Assembly: GCA_002269645.1 (NCBI GenBank)
Contig: NIVC01001909.1
Span: forward strand, 62,001 to 126,000
DNA from: Macrostomum lignano
Taxonomy: Eukaryota
Direction: 5' to 3'
DNA: 64,000 nt
The notes beneath the pieces are model-generated. The model did no database searches and was not told where the DNA came from. It worked only from the letters and a program-made list of their open reading frames with translations. The position numbers and the translations under genes are program-made. Within the stretch, counting starts at the first letter, position 1. Every line of letters starts with the position of its first letter. Below, in pieces: positions 1 to 18,000 of this stretch.

Positions 1-889
<889 letters not shown>

Positions 890-903
890 AATCCCCGTTG
901 CAG

Positions 904-3900
904 CTCTATCCTAGCAACGGAACGAGAGCAGATGCTGATAATCTGGTTGAATGTGCAGATATCAGCAGCGGGAATGAAAGTGACGGCTTTTGATGACAAT
1001 TTAGCCGACTCGAAGGCGTACTCAACTCTTCTCTGGACAGTGGCTCCGGAGGCTCAGCGAGCTTCGCTGACATCCACTGAGGACGTCATGAAGGAGACGG
1101 ATCTGACCAAGAGAGCTGAGCTGGTCATCGCCAACGCCGAGAAACTGGGAATTTCTGGCATATTGAGGCCTGAGCACATTACTGAAATTGGGAAAAAGGC
1201 TATAAGTGATCCCAAAGGACTGCACAACATCATTATCAACATGGCTTTCGTCTATCGCATATTTGTGGCTTATCCGAACATCAATGCGCCGAAGATGAAG
1301 GACAAACCAGCCGCTGGTCCGAAAACATCCGCTGCTCCGACACACGAGCAGCGAATCCAGGAGTCGTGCAAATACGGCGCCTCAGAAGAGACTCTGATCC
1401 GCTGGCTGAACTCCTTCGGTCCATCGAGTCCCGTTGTATCACTGCGAACTGACCTGTGCAATGGGCGAGTTCTGCTCGAGGTGAGTCACTTTATTGCGTT
1501 GACAACTATTGCCAAGGGTGTACATGGTTACTATCAAGTACTTCAAGGGGCATTCCATCAACATACAAAATCAGTAATTAATTAATTATTTAATAACTTA
1601 GCAAGGGAAAGGAGAGAAGGGAGAGGAGAGAAGAGAGAGGAGAGAAGGGAGAGGAGAGAATGGAGAGGAGAGAAGTGAGTGGAGAGAAGGGAGAGGAGAG
1701 AAGGGAGAGGAGAGAAGGGAGAGGAGAGAAGTGAGTGGAGAGAAGGGAGAGGAGAGAAGGGAGAGGAGAGAAGTGAGTGGAGAGAAGGGAGAGAAGAGAA
1801 GGGAGAGGAGAGAAGTGAGTGGAGAGAAGGGAGAGGAGAGAAGTGAGTGGAGAGAAGGGAGAGGAGAGAAGGGAGAGGAGAGAAGTGAGTGGAGAGAAGG
1901 GAGAGAAGAGAAGGGAGAGGAGAGAAGTGAGTGGAGAGAAGGGAGAGGAGAGAAGGGAGAGGAGAGAAGTGAGTGGAGAGAAGGGAGAGGAGAGAAGGGA
2001 GAGGAGAGAAGGGAGAGGAGAGAAGGGAGAGGAGAGAAGGGAGAGGAGAGAAGGGAGAGGAGAGAAGTGAGTGGAGAGAAGGAGAGAAGAGAAGGGAGAG
2101 GAGAGAAGTGAGTGGAGAGAAGGGAGAGGAGAGAAGGGAGTGGAGAGAAGGGAGAGGAGAGAAGGGAGAGGAGAGAAGTGAGTGGAGAGAAGGGAGAGGA
2201 GAGAAGGGAGAGGAGAGAAGGGAGAGGAGAGAAGGGAGAGGAGAGAAGGGAGAGGAGAGAAGGGAGAGGAGAGAAGGGAGAGGAGAGAAGGGAGAGGAGA
2301 GAAGGGAGAGGAGAGAAGTGAGTGGAGAGAAGGGAGAGGAGAGAAGGGAGAGGAGAGAAGGGAGAGGAGAGAAGGGAGAGGAGAGAGGAGAGGGAGAGAG
2401 GAATCGGTGTTAATCTACTGGCCTAATTTTCGGAAAGGTATATATTACACGCAATCCTGCCGGCGCAGGTGTGGGACGCCATGATACCCGGATCCGTGCC
2501 TTGGAAGCAAGTCAAACTGCAGCAGTTTGTAAACACTGCTAGACGCAAGTTCAGCATGATTTCGAATTGCGATATAGCGGTTAAAATCGGGGACAAAAAC
2601 GGGATATCAAAGAATGTCTGCTCGTCAGGCAATATTACGGCCGGAGAAACCAAGTACATCGCGTCCTTCGTGTTTCTCATGATGCGGCTGCACGCTCAGC
2701 TGCTTCGCAAAGGCATCATTGGTGGGCCTAAAAAAGTTGCGGAACTTGACGACAACGGGTTGACGAAATGGTTCAACGAAAGCATGGAGAAATACGGCAG
2801 CACTTTTCGGTTGAAGAGTTTAGAGGTGAGCTCAGTCTTTTGTATACATTTAGCTGGGTCTGAGCCCAGCTCTGAGCTTTCATCTTATCTGAGTACGGCA
2901 AATTTGAGCTGGATCTCAGCTTGCTGACACGGTGTCTGTCTTAACCAGTAATATCAATCCGAATTAGCTGCACACTAACAACCGCTAAGGGGGCCGGCGA
3001 CTCAGGCTCGAATTCTTCGGTCTAAATTGGAATCTCGGCTTGGCTTTGCTCGAGCAATTAACGTCCTTGAAGACCAACCCCCAAGGCACAGTGAAGTGTA
3101 CATGCCGATAACGATAAATAGTTAGGGCCGCTGTACACTCCTGTGTGAGTGTGCGCCTGTGCGTTTGACTGCGTGCGTAAACGCGCGCTTGTGTGCCTCT
3201 GTAGGGAGTCGTCTTAACTGTCGATTGTGTAGTCGGTTCTGTCGATTGTGTAGTCGGTTCTGTCGGTTGTGTAGTCGGTTCTGTCGATTGTGTAGTCGGT
3301 TCTGTCGATTGTGTAGTCGGTTCTGTCGGTTGTGTAGTCGGTTCTGTCGATTGTGTAGTCGGTTCTGTCGATTGTGTAGTCGGTTCTGTCGATTGTGTAG
3401 TCGGTTCTGTCGATTGTGTAGTCGGTTCTGTCGATTGTGTAGTCGGTTCTGTCGGTTGTGTAGCAAGTTCGCTTAAGCACACAGCCCCCTGCCTCTGATA
3501 ACAAACTAGCGTCCGCCAAGTCAACTTAAAAACAGCTAGCGACCTCCAGATATGTCAAAGGGGATATAATAGTCAGAAATGCCATCTGTCCATGTCTCAC
3601 TAGACCACAATGGGACAACATGGAATGAAATGTTGGATAAAAGCTAGTGAAATTATTAACTCCAAATTTCCCAGGATCCGTCGCTAAAGAGCACAAACGC
3701 TCTTGGCTACTTTGGCGAGCGAGTCCTAGTTGAGAACAATCTGTGCTCAAGCGGTCCCGCCGACTTTCCAAGAAAACCGAAAGCCACAGCTAAGAGCGCC
3801 AACGCGATCGATATCAGCTTGGCCGACGCCGACGACGAGACTGCTGCTCAAGATGAAGCACAGCAGCAGCAATCCGACGCTAACAACTCGGGCGAGGGCG

Positions 3901-4094
3901 CGTGGCTGTTCAACAGCGTCGAGCAGGTGTCGTCGGATCCGGCGCTGCTCACAAAGTTCTCGGTGACGGCCATCCTCATGTTCAACAAGGCCGGCGTGAT
4001 TGTCTATGCCAGCAAGCTGGGACCGGAGACGGACTTGTCGGTCTATCGGAGCGTCCTGATGGAGCTGAACGCTTTGTCGCTCAAGACCAACTGA
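904..4094 (+). CDS. Plastin/fimbrin-like actin-bundling protein, cluster copy 1 (5' exons lie upstream of the window)
   Basis: Exons 904-1480, 2469-2825 and 3675-4094 (TGA), all GT-AG and phase-consistent. [51 protein letters not shown] and SLEDPSL align by eye with plastin CH2-CH4 motifs (IKDSKAYYHLLEQVAPK, QRAECMLQQAERLG, RTFRNWMNSLG, NCNYAVELG, SFKDPKI). Confidence 0.88.
1611..2400. repeat. 14-bp polypurine minisatellite GGAGAGAAGGGAGA / GGAGAGAAGTGAGT (second copy at about 7691-8708)
   Basis: Direct reading. The array is longer in the duplicated copy. Confidence 0.95.
2985..3215 (+). mobile_element. SINE family B-related copy in copy 1 intron (duplicated at about 9262-9490)
   Basis: Shares the body sequence with 17250-17470 in non-orthologous introns. 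Confidence 0.6.
3217..3462. repeat. 21-bp minisatellite TGTCGATTGTGTAGTCGGTTC (second copy at about 9494-9738)
   Basis: About 12 tandem units. Confidence 0.95.
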
Positions 4095-4389
4095 CGTGTG
4101 ATCTGCTCAAGTCTGCTCAAGCCACAGAATCTCTTTGAGTTCATATATAATTAATACCGAAGGCACCGTTTCAATCGAGCAAATACTAAATAAAAAAGCT
4201 TAGTTACTAGCGTGTGCCTAATTCGTGTTGAAAACAACTCAATTTAAGTTTTCTTTTTGATTGTTGGCTACACGCAATGATTAATATTTGTTTTTGTTTA
4301 CTGAACTTTTGACAAGGTGACAGGGTCGCGCCTAACAAGAGACAGGGTCCCCACCATGAGACAGGTGCATCCGCTTGAAGAGAGAGGGC

Positions 4390-5030
4390 CACCAAGAGTC
4401 AGAGTCACCCACCAAGAGTCAGAGTCACCCACCAAGAGTCAGAGTCACCCACCAAGAGTCAGAGTCACCCACCAAGAGTCAGAGTCACCCACCAAGAGTC
4501 AGAGTCACCCACCAAGAGTCAGAGTCACCCACCAAGAGTCAGAGTCACCCACCAAGAGTCAGAGTCACCTACCAAGAGTCAGAGTCACCCACCAAGAGTC
4601 AGAGTCACCTACCAAGAGTCAGAGTCACCCACCAAGAGTCAGAGTCACCTACCAAGAGTCAGAGTCACCCACCAAGAGTCAGAGTCACCCACCAAGAGTC
4701 AGAGTCACCCACCAAGAGTCAGAGTCACCCACCAAGAGTCAGAGTCACCCACCAAGAGTCAGAGTCACCCAACAAGAGTCAGAGTCACCCACCAAGAGTC
4801 AGAGTCACCTACCAAGAGTCAGAGTCACCCACCAAGAGTCAGAGTCACCTACCAAGAGTCAGAGTCACCCACCAAGAGTCAGAGTCACCCAACAAGAGTC
4901 AGAGTCACCCAACAAGAGTCAGAGTCACCCACCAATAGTCAGAGTCACCCAACAAGAGTCAGAGTCACCCAACAAGAGTCAGAGTCACCCAACAAGAGTC
5001 AGAGTCACCCAACAAGAGTCAGAGTCACTC
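4390..5030. repeat. 20-bp minisatellite ACCAAGAGTCAGAGTCACCC, intergenic (second copy at about 10668-11130)
   Basis: Direct reading. Confidence 0.95.
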
Positions 5031-5351
5031 AGCAAAGCTTCTACACTTTTGATCTGTCGATTTTTTTGTCTATGACCTGTTTCTTAAGACAGTTGATTGC
5101 AAAGATTGCTCATTAAGTACCAAATTGTATGTTTTGTACGAGTATTTCAGTTGTTTTACTAAGCCCCGACACAAGCAATAGCTGGGGCATCAACGGCCAT
5201 AGAGATCGTGCCGCTGTTACACCAGCCTGTTGGGCCATTTTAACTACATTGTTTTTCTACGAGCCGTCTAATTAATCGAGCACGCCAAGATTAAGCGCAC
5301 GGAGCTCGGATTTTAACTGAAGCAATCAATTTGAAGCATTCAAGCAACATC

Positions 5352-10370
<5,019 letters not shown>

Positions 10371-11449
10371 CGTGTGATCTGCTCAAGTCTGCTCAAGCCA
10401 CAGAATCTCTTTGAGTTCATATATAATTAATACCGAAGGCACCGTTTCAATCGAGCAAATACTAAATAAAAAAGCTTAGTTACTAGCGTGTGCCTAATTC
10501 GTGTTGAAAACAACTCAATTTAAGTTTTCTTTTTGATTGTTGGCTACACGCAATGATTAATATTTGTTTTTGTTTACTGAACTTTTGACAAGGTGACAGG
10601 GTCGCGCCTAACAAGAGACAGGGTCCCCCACCATGAGACAGGTGCATCCGCTTGAAGAGAGAGGGGCCACCAAGAGTCAAAGTCACCCACCAAGAGTCAG
10701 AGTCACCCACCAAGAGTCAGAGTCACCCACCAAGAGTCAGAGTCACCCACCAAGAGTCAGAGTCACCCACCAAGAGTCAGAGTCACCCACCAAGAGTCAG
10801 AGTCACCCACCAAGAGTCAGAGTCACCTACCAAGAGTCAGAGTCACCCACCAAGAGTCAGAGTCACCTACCAAGAGTCAGAGTCACCCACCAAGAGTCAG
10901 AGTCACCTACCAAGAGTCAGAGTCACCCACCAAGAGTCAGAGTCACCCAACAAGAGTCAGAGTCACCCAACAAGAGTCAGAGTCACCCACCAATAGTCAG
11001 AGTCACCCAACAAGAGTCAGAGTCACCCAACAAGAGTCAGAGTCACCCAACAAGAGTCAGAGTCACCCAACAAGAGTCAGAGTCACCCACCAAGAGTCAG
11101 AGTCACCCACCAAGAGTCAGAGTCACTCAGCAAAGCTTCTACACTTTTGATCTGTCGATTTGTTTGTCTATGACCTGTTTCTTAAGACAGTTGATTGCAA
11201 AGATTGCTCATTAAGTACCAAATTGTATGTTTTGTACGAGTATTTCAGTTGTTTTACTAAGCCCCGACACAAGCAATAGCTGGGGCATCAACGGCCATAG
11301 AGATCGTGCCGCTGTTACACCAGCCTGTTGGGCCATTTTAACTACATTGTTTTTCTACGAGCCGTCTAATTAATCGAGCACGCCAAGATTAAGCGCACGG
11401 AGCTCGGATTTTAACTGAAGCAATCAATTTGAAGCATTCAAGCAACATC

Positions 11450-14234
11450 ATGTCGATAACTAAGGGCTACATCAACGGAAAGTTTATCATGGTTATTGAT
11501 ATTGAATCTAGGAAGGAGGTAAGAATGACTTCGTCCCTAAGTAAAGTCATACTGAGCTCTGAATTTGATACCGTTTTGCTTTGCTCAACTCGCAGGACGA
11601 GCAGGCGAAGGCGCAGCCTCAGCCGCTCACGGAGACCAGTGTCCGTGAAAAATACGCTTACGACATGTACTGCATGGTGGAGCACTTCAACAGCCTACTC
11701 AAAGGTAACTCATTGGCGGCTGGCTTCCTCCCACTCACCGAAGTCAGCGTGTTCTCTCGGATCTACGAAGGCGTTCTACTGTGCGCCTTGGCCAACCTGC
11801 TCAAGCCGAACTTTGTGGACGAGAAGAGCGTCGTGGTGAAAGAGGAGCTGCTCGACAACTCGGCCGACGGGGAGCTGCGCAAGATGGAGAACCGCAACAT
11901 CGGCATCACGGCGCTCCGGACTCTGGGCGTGTACATGGACTCCGAAACGGCTGAGTGGATCAAGATGGACACCCCGTTCGAGATGACGGGTCTTCTAGTC
12001 CAGGTTCTGAGGCTGGCCACTGTCGGGCGAATGCACTTTCAGAACTTTGAGATTCTGGTTCACCTGTTCGACGGCTGGTCCGAGCCTGAGGAAGCTGGGT
12101 GAGAATGTGGCTCAGGAGTGTCTGAAAAAGTACATCCTATTGCAACTTCCGTATGATACATGCCAGAGGCATCGGTGAGCTTAAATTAGTGTCCCAACCA
12201 GATCAGAGTCTTTTTATCTGTCACAATTGGCAAATTGTTTTACCGAATCGAATCTAACTATACTACCTCAATGCGATTTTTCTAGCTTGATTCTAGCCAC
12301 CGACCGTGAGACAATGCTACTAATCTGGATCAATTATCAGCTGAAAAAAGCTGGCTCAGACATCAAACTCGCAGATCTTGGTGAAAGTTTGGCTGACTCA
12401 AAAGTGTACTCAACACTGTTGTGGACAGTGGCCCCTGAGGCTCAGCGAGCTTCGCTGACATCCGCTAAAGACATCATGAAGGAGACGGATCTGACCAAGC
12501 GAGCCGAGCTGGTCATTGCCAACGCTGAGAAACTGGGAATTTCCGGCGTGTTGAGGCCTGAGCACATTGCCACAGCTGGGAAACTGGGTATAAGCAACTC
12601 AAAAGGATTGCACAACATTGTTCTCAACATGGCTTTTTTCTATCGCATATTTGCTGCTTATCCCAATATCGATGTACCGAAGATGAAGGACAAACCAGCA
12701 GGCAAAGAAGCTGCATCGACCCCGGAGCAGCAGGTACAGGAGTCGTGCAAATACGGCGTCTCAGAAGAGACTCTAATCCGCTGGCTGAACTCCTTCGGTC
12801 CATCGAGTCCCGTTGTGTCACTGCAAACTGACCTGCGCAACGGGCGAGTGCTGCTTGAGGTGAGTCACATTGACGAGTCTTGGATTATTACAGAGAATTT
12901 TCAGACTCTTTGCTTGGATTCGTTGGGCTTGTCACGTAATTGTTTCATCCGTTAGGCGTCTCGCCCTCTTCAGAATTCAAAAGATATAGGGACGGAATTG
13001 TACGTAGTAGGAGTTTGAATTGTCTGGGATGTACGTGTACGAGTACAATCGACATGTAATGAAAGGCGTTGCATGTCGATTCTCGTAGCACCTGTACGTC
13101 CCTACGAACTTGACGTTTTGCTACGCTGGCATCGAAACATAAAACATGATTTTTTCCCACTGCATTCGTTAGGTTTGGGACGCGATGTTTCCCGGCAGTG
13201 TTCCGTGGAAAAAAGTGAAGCTTGAACACTTTGAAATGTTTGCTAGGCGCAAATTTAACTGGATAGCTAACTGCGACATTGCTATTAGCATCGGCGAGAA
13301 GCACGGCATCTCGAAGAATGTCTGCTCGTCTGGTAACATTGCGGCGGGAGAGACCAAGTACATCGCGTCCATGGTGTTTCTCATGATGCGCCTGCACTCT
13401 CAGTTAACTAGACAGCGGGCCATCGGCGGATCTAAAAAAGTTGCCGAACTCGACAACCAAAGTCTGGTGAAGTGGTTCAACGAGAGCATGGAGAAGTACG
13501 GGAGCGCATTTCGTCTAAAAACTTTAGAGGTAAGTTGTCCAACCAACGCGGACCAGGCAAATAAAAATATTGGTTTTATCGATGTGCTTTCATTCACGAA
13601 TGTCAACTTCAGTCTAGGAAACAGCTTCCCAGAACATAATAGGATGTGGATTTGCAAAACAATTACCTATCAACAGGTACATCTACATCTCGTGGCTAAA
13701 AAAATAAAATAGTTCCTGGAATTTCAATTGGAATTGCATAAATAAATTACAAAATTAAACTTGTGCACACTAAGGCTAATTTGTAACTCACTCGCAATTA
13801 CCCTTAATCCCCAGGATCCGTCGCTAAAGAGCACAAACGCTCTGGGCTACTTTGGCGAGCGAGTCCTAGTTGAGAACAATCTGTGCTCAAGCGGTCCCGC
13901 CGACTTTCCAAGAAAACCGAAAGCCACAGCTAAGAGCGCCAACGCGATCGATATCAGCTTGGCCGACGCTGACGAAGAGACTGCTGCTCAAGATGAAGCA
14001 CAGCAGCAGCAATCCGACGCTAACAACTCGGGTGAGGGCGCATGGCTGTTCAACAGCGTCGAGCAGGTGTCGTCGGATCCGGCGCTGCTCACAAAGTTTT
14101 CGGTGACGGCCATCCTCATGTTCAACAAGGCCGGCGTGATTGTCTATGCCAGCAAGCTGGGACCGGAGACGGACTTGTCGGTCTATCGGAGCGTCCTGAT
14201 GGAGCTGAACGCTTTGTCGCTCAAGACCAACTGA
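11450..14234 (+). CDS. Plastin/fimbrin-like copy 3, intact, about 640 aa, no EF-hands
   Basis: Exons 11450-11518, 11596-12098, 12286-12859, 13173-13529 and 13815-14234 give an open, phase-consistent frame. CH1 motifs EKYAYD, GVLLCALANLLKPNFVDEKSV and GLLVQVLRL correspond to plastin [27 protein letters not shown] and GLLWQVIKI. The ATG of exon 1 is inferred. Confidence 0.88.
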
Positions 14235-15007
14235 CGTGTGATCTGCTCAAGTCTGCTCAAGCCAGAGAGTCTCTTTGAGTTCATAAAAGCTATCTATTGA
14301 GAAAAATTTAAGCTTTATAAAATTGTAAAATGGCAAAAACTGTCAACAAGCAACATTTCAATTGAATAAAGTTCAACTTAAGTTTTAACAACTAAAAATA
14401 TCTTCCGCTTCAATTTTAACTGGCTCTTTAGTTAAAAGGATGCTTGATCCCACCAATATGATGTTGAATCTATTTGCTCAACATAGGTGAACGTGTGGTG
14501 ACTGCTGTCCGTTCGGAACTCCGGCCTCTGTCACCCAAGTTTACGGAAATGAGCCATGCAGGGGCTAAAATACACCGGGGATTGTAATGCGCTGACACTA
14601 CGTACAGATTGCCTATAGTGGCGTTGGGATGAGCAGAATGAAAAACCTGATCTGGATCCAAAGGTAAAAGACAAGAGAAGACGGAAACATGGTCTGACCA
14701 AGCAGCGCCATTATGACGCCTAGAAAACGTTGGGATTAAAGATAAATACAAATCGACAAAAAATTCGACAAAAAGTATAATGATCTTTTCAAAAGAATAG
14801 TAGGAATTAGCTCTTGACTTACTGAGTTAAAATTTCTCGCAGTTTTGCGTACTGAAGTAAGTTCATCGTTGTTTATGGTAAAACTTGCTACATCTTGCTT
14901 GTGCGTTTTAAAAGGCACTTTTGCAAAGCAAAACCATTTTTTTAACAAGCGTAGTTCCACACGCAAACAACTTCACATAATACACTCGGACATCTCAATA
15001 AGGCAAA

Positions 15008-18000
15008 ATGGCGACACATGTAAACTTCATCAATGGAACAACATTTACGCATATTGAAAAAACCATAATAAGAAGCGAGTATACGGTAAGGAATTGAAAA
15101 CGTTTACTGGATAATAATAATAATAATTATTATTATTTATTACGCCTGCATCGTTTGGGCCAGATGTGCAACCGACAGCTCAGCCGCAGTTATTGCGCGG
15201 CGCATCTGAAGGCTGCGTACGGCTGTTCAGTCCGAGGACTGGGGCTGGGGGGTCGCCACACACAGCCTCAATTACCCCAGCCAATGCTGGCACCCATTTT
15301 ACAGCTGGGTGAACTGAAGCAATGCAGAGTTGTGTCTTGCTCAAGAACACAAATTGTTCCGAGTGGGATCGGGAATCGAACCTCCGACCTTTCAGTCATG
15401 AGTCCGACGCTCTGACCACTAGGCTAAGACCTCCATGTTTACTGGAGCAAGTCTTGAATACGAGCTAATAGGCAGCAAACTCATATTTTCAATAACCGAG
15501 AACTAGCACGTGTTAAAGACAATCTAATTTACCCTTTACCTAGTGCTTTTTGGCCCTAATTTCCAGATTTTCATCAATAGTGAAAGTGAGCAGTCCAAGC
15601 CCATACCGATCTCGGAAACGATTGTTCGCAAACAATTCGGATTTGACATGGTCTGCATGGTTGAGCATTTTAACAGTGTGCTGAAGGACATCACTCTGGC
15701 AACCAGCTGTGTACCTCTAACTGAGGTGAGCATCTTCTACAAAGCCTACGAAGGCATCCTGCTCTGCGCCTTGGCCAATCTGCTCAAGCCGGATTCGGTA
15801 GACGAAAAAACCATCACCTTGAAACCGGAGCTGCTCGACGATTCGCCAGACGGAGAGTTGAGAAAAATTGAGAATCGCAATATCGGCATCACAGCCCTGC
15901 GCTCTCAGGGTGTCTGCATTAGCCGGCAGTCTGCAGCGATGGTTAATATTCACGTGCCATCTACCATTGCGGCTATTCTCGTTCAGGTGCTCCGGCGAGT
16001 CACCCTGGGCCGGATGCACTTTCAAAACTTTGAGCTGTTGGTTCACCTTTTCGACGGCTGGTCAAGCGCAGAGGAGGCCAGGTGAGATTGATAATAAATT
16101 TTTTAGTTGTTTGTATCAGTAGTGCAACTGCATGACTCTATGGTCTGATAACAAATCTCCCGATGATGCAATCACAATGGTTGTAAAACTCGCAATCGTT
16201 CAAACGATGTGCTTTGAATGGTAAGCAATCACAACTAGACATTGCCTTACAAAAGACTATCTTTACTTGCTGCATTTCAAACGAATTTATACTAAGTTGG
16301 TTGGTTTAAAACCGAGTGACTGCGTGCAGTATTGGGGCACTTGTGTGTGTTCAGGAGTCAGCGGACTGTACTGTAGGTCGACCCTGCTGCAAATAGTTAT
16401 TATATAAAACCTATAACCCTCAAGCTGCTTCGTTAATTTCTTTATTAAAAAAATCATTCGACACGAATATAGCTCTCGTTGCCTTCTCTCCCTTTGCTTC
16501 AATCTGTGTTGCGTCAGTGCGATTCTGGCTACCGATCGAGAGAAGATGCTGCTGATCTGGATCAATCACCAGTTGAAAAAGGCCAGCACAGATCTGCAGC
16601 TAACTAATCTTGGAGCAAACTTGGCCGACTCAAAAGTGTACTCAATTCTACTCTGGACAGTGGCGCCCGAGGCTCAGAGAGCTTCGCTAACATCTTCCGA
16701 AGACGTCATGAAGGAGACGGATTTGACGAAGCGAGCCGAGCTAGTTGTTGCCAACGCTGAAAAATTGGGCATTACCGGGATTTTGAGGCCCGAGCACATT
16801 GTGAAAGTTGGCAAAGATTCTGCAATTACCTTTGTAGGCCTGAAGAATATTGTGCTCAATTTGGCATTTCTGTTTCGCATATTTGTCGCTTACCCGAACA
16901 TCGATGTGCCCAAGATGAAGGACTTGCCGTCTGCTGCTTCTAAAAAGGCCGCCGCAGTGGCGCCGATGCAGCAGGTCAGCAGTCTGGGCAAACACGGCGC
17001 CACTGAGGACTCTCTGATCCGCTGGCTGAACTCGTTCGGCCCTTCAAGTCCTGTCGTGTCGCTCAAAACTGACCTGTGCAATGGACGAGTGCTGCTTGAG
17101 GTTCGTTTCTGTCTGCCTGTGATTGGTCCTGTAGAGCAAATCCACTCTTTGTTTTTTCTAGGAATCCTTATACCGATATATACATTCGATAATGGGGACC
17201 CGTAGCCTAGTGGTCCAGCGCAGCTCTCTGATGTACCAGCGGCGCAGGCTCGATTCCAAGTGCAGTCAGTCACATTAACTTCGGGCTAATTTGAAATCTC
17301 GGCTTGGCTCTGCTTGTGCAATTCACGCCCTTGAGGGCCAACCCCCCCCCCCCCCCCCCCCCAAGGCACAGTGAAGTATACATGCCGCTGTACACTCCTG
17401 TGTAAGTGTGTGCCTGTGCGTATGACTGCGTACGTATCTGCGACTGCGCGCTTGTGTGCCTGCTCAGGGGAGTCGGCGGAACGGGCAGTAATGCCTCTCG
17501 CCGGTTGTGTGACAGACTCAAGGCTTGTTGTTGACGACGCCATCGAACGATCGGTAAAAACTTCAGTCAGTACGAGCGTAGTTGTGATTTTGATTACTCA
17601 ATTGCTTTAAGTTTAAATTTGATACCTGAAGTCAATGTATTCGACTAATGGCAGTCACCCAAGGCGCAGGGAGTGACATGGCTGACAGTTAAAAATTCAA
17701 GGTCATTGTTGTGCACCCTGTGTGAGCAAGTGTACGAGCGTATAAATGTGTGCTTGCGTACAGTAATCAGTGCGTGTTTGCCAGCATGACTGCGGGTCGA
17801 CTGTGGCTTTGATTTGCGGAAATGGCTACACTGGATGAAGGTCGGGGGTTCTATTCGGCTGATCCCACTGGACCAATTTGTATCCTTGAGCAAGACACTT
17901 TACTCTGCATTGCTTCAGTTCACACAGCTGTAAAATGGGTACCAGTATTAGCTGGGGTAATTGAGGCTGTGTGTGGTGACCCCCAGTCCTTGGACTGAAC

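Noticed and set aside
15365-15436. tRNA-Met-like gene on the minus strand (also tRNA-like head at 17195-17265)
   Set aside because: Acceptor and anticodon stems pair poorly, and the sequence continues into a repeated SINE body with tail and TSD.
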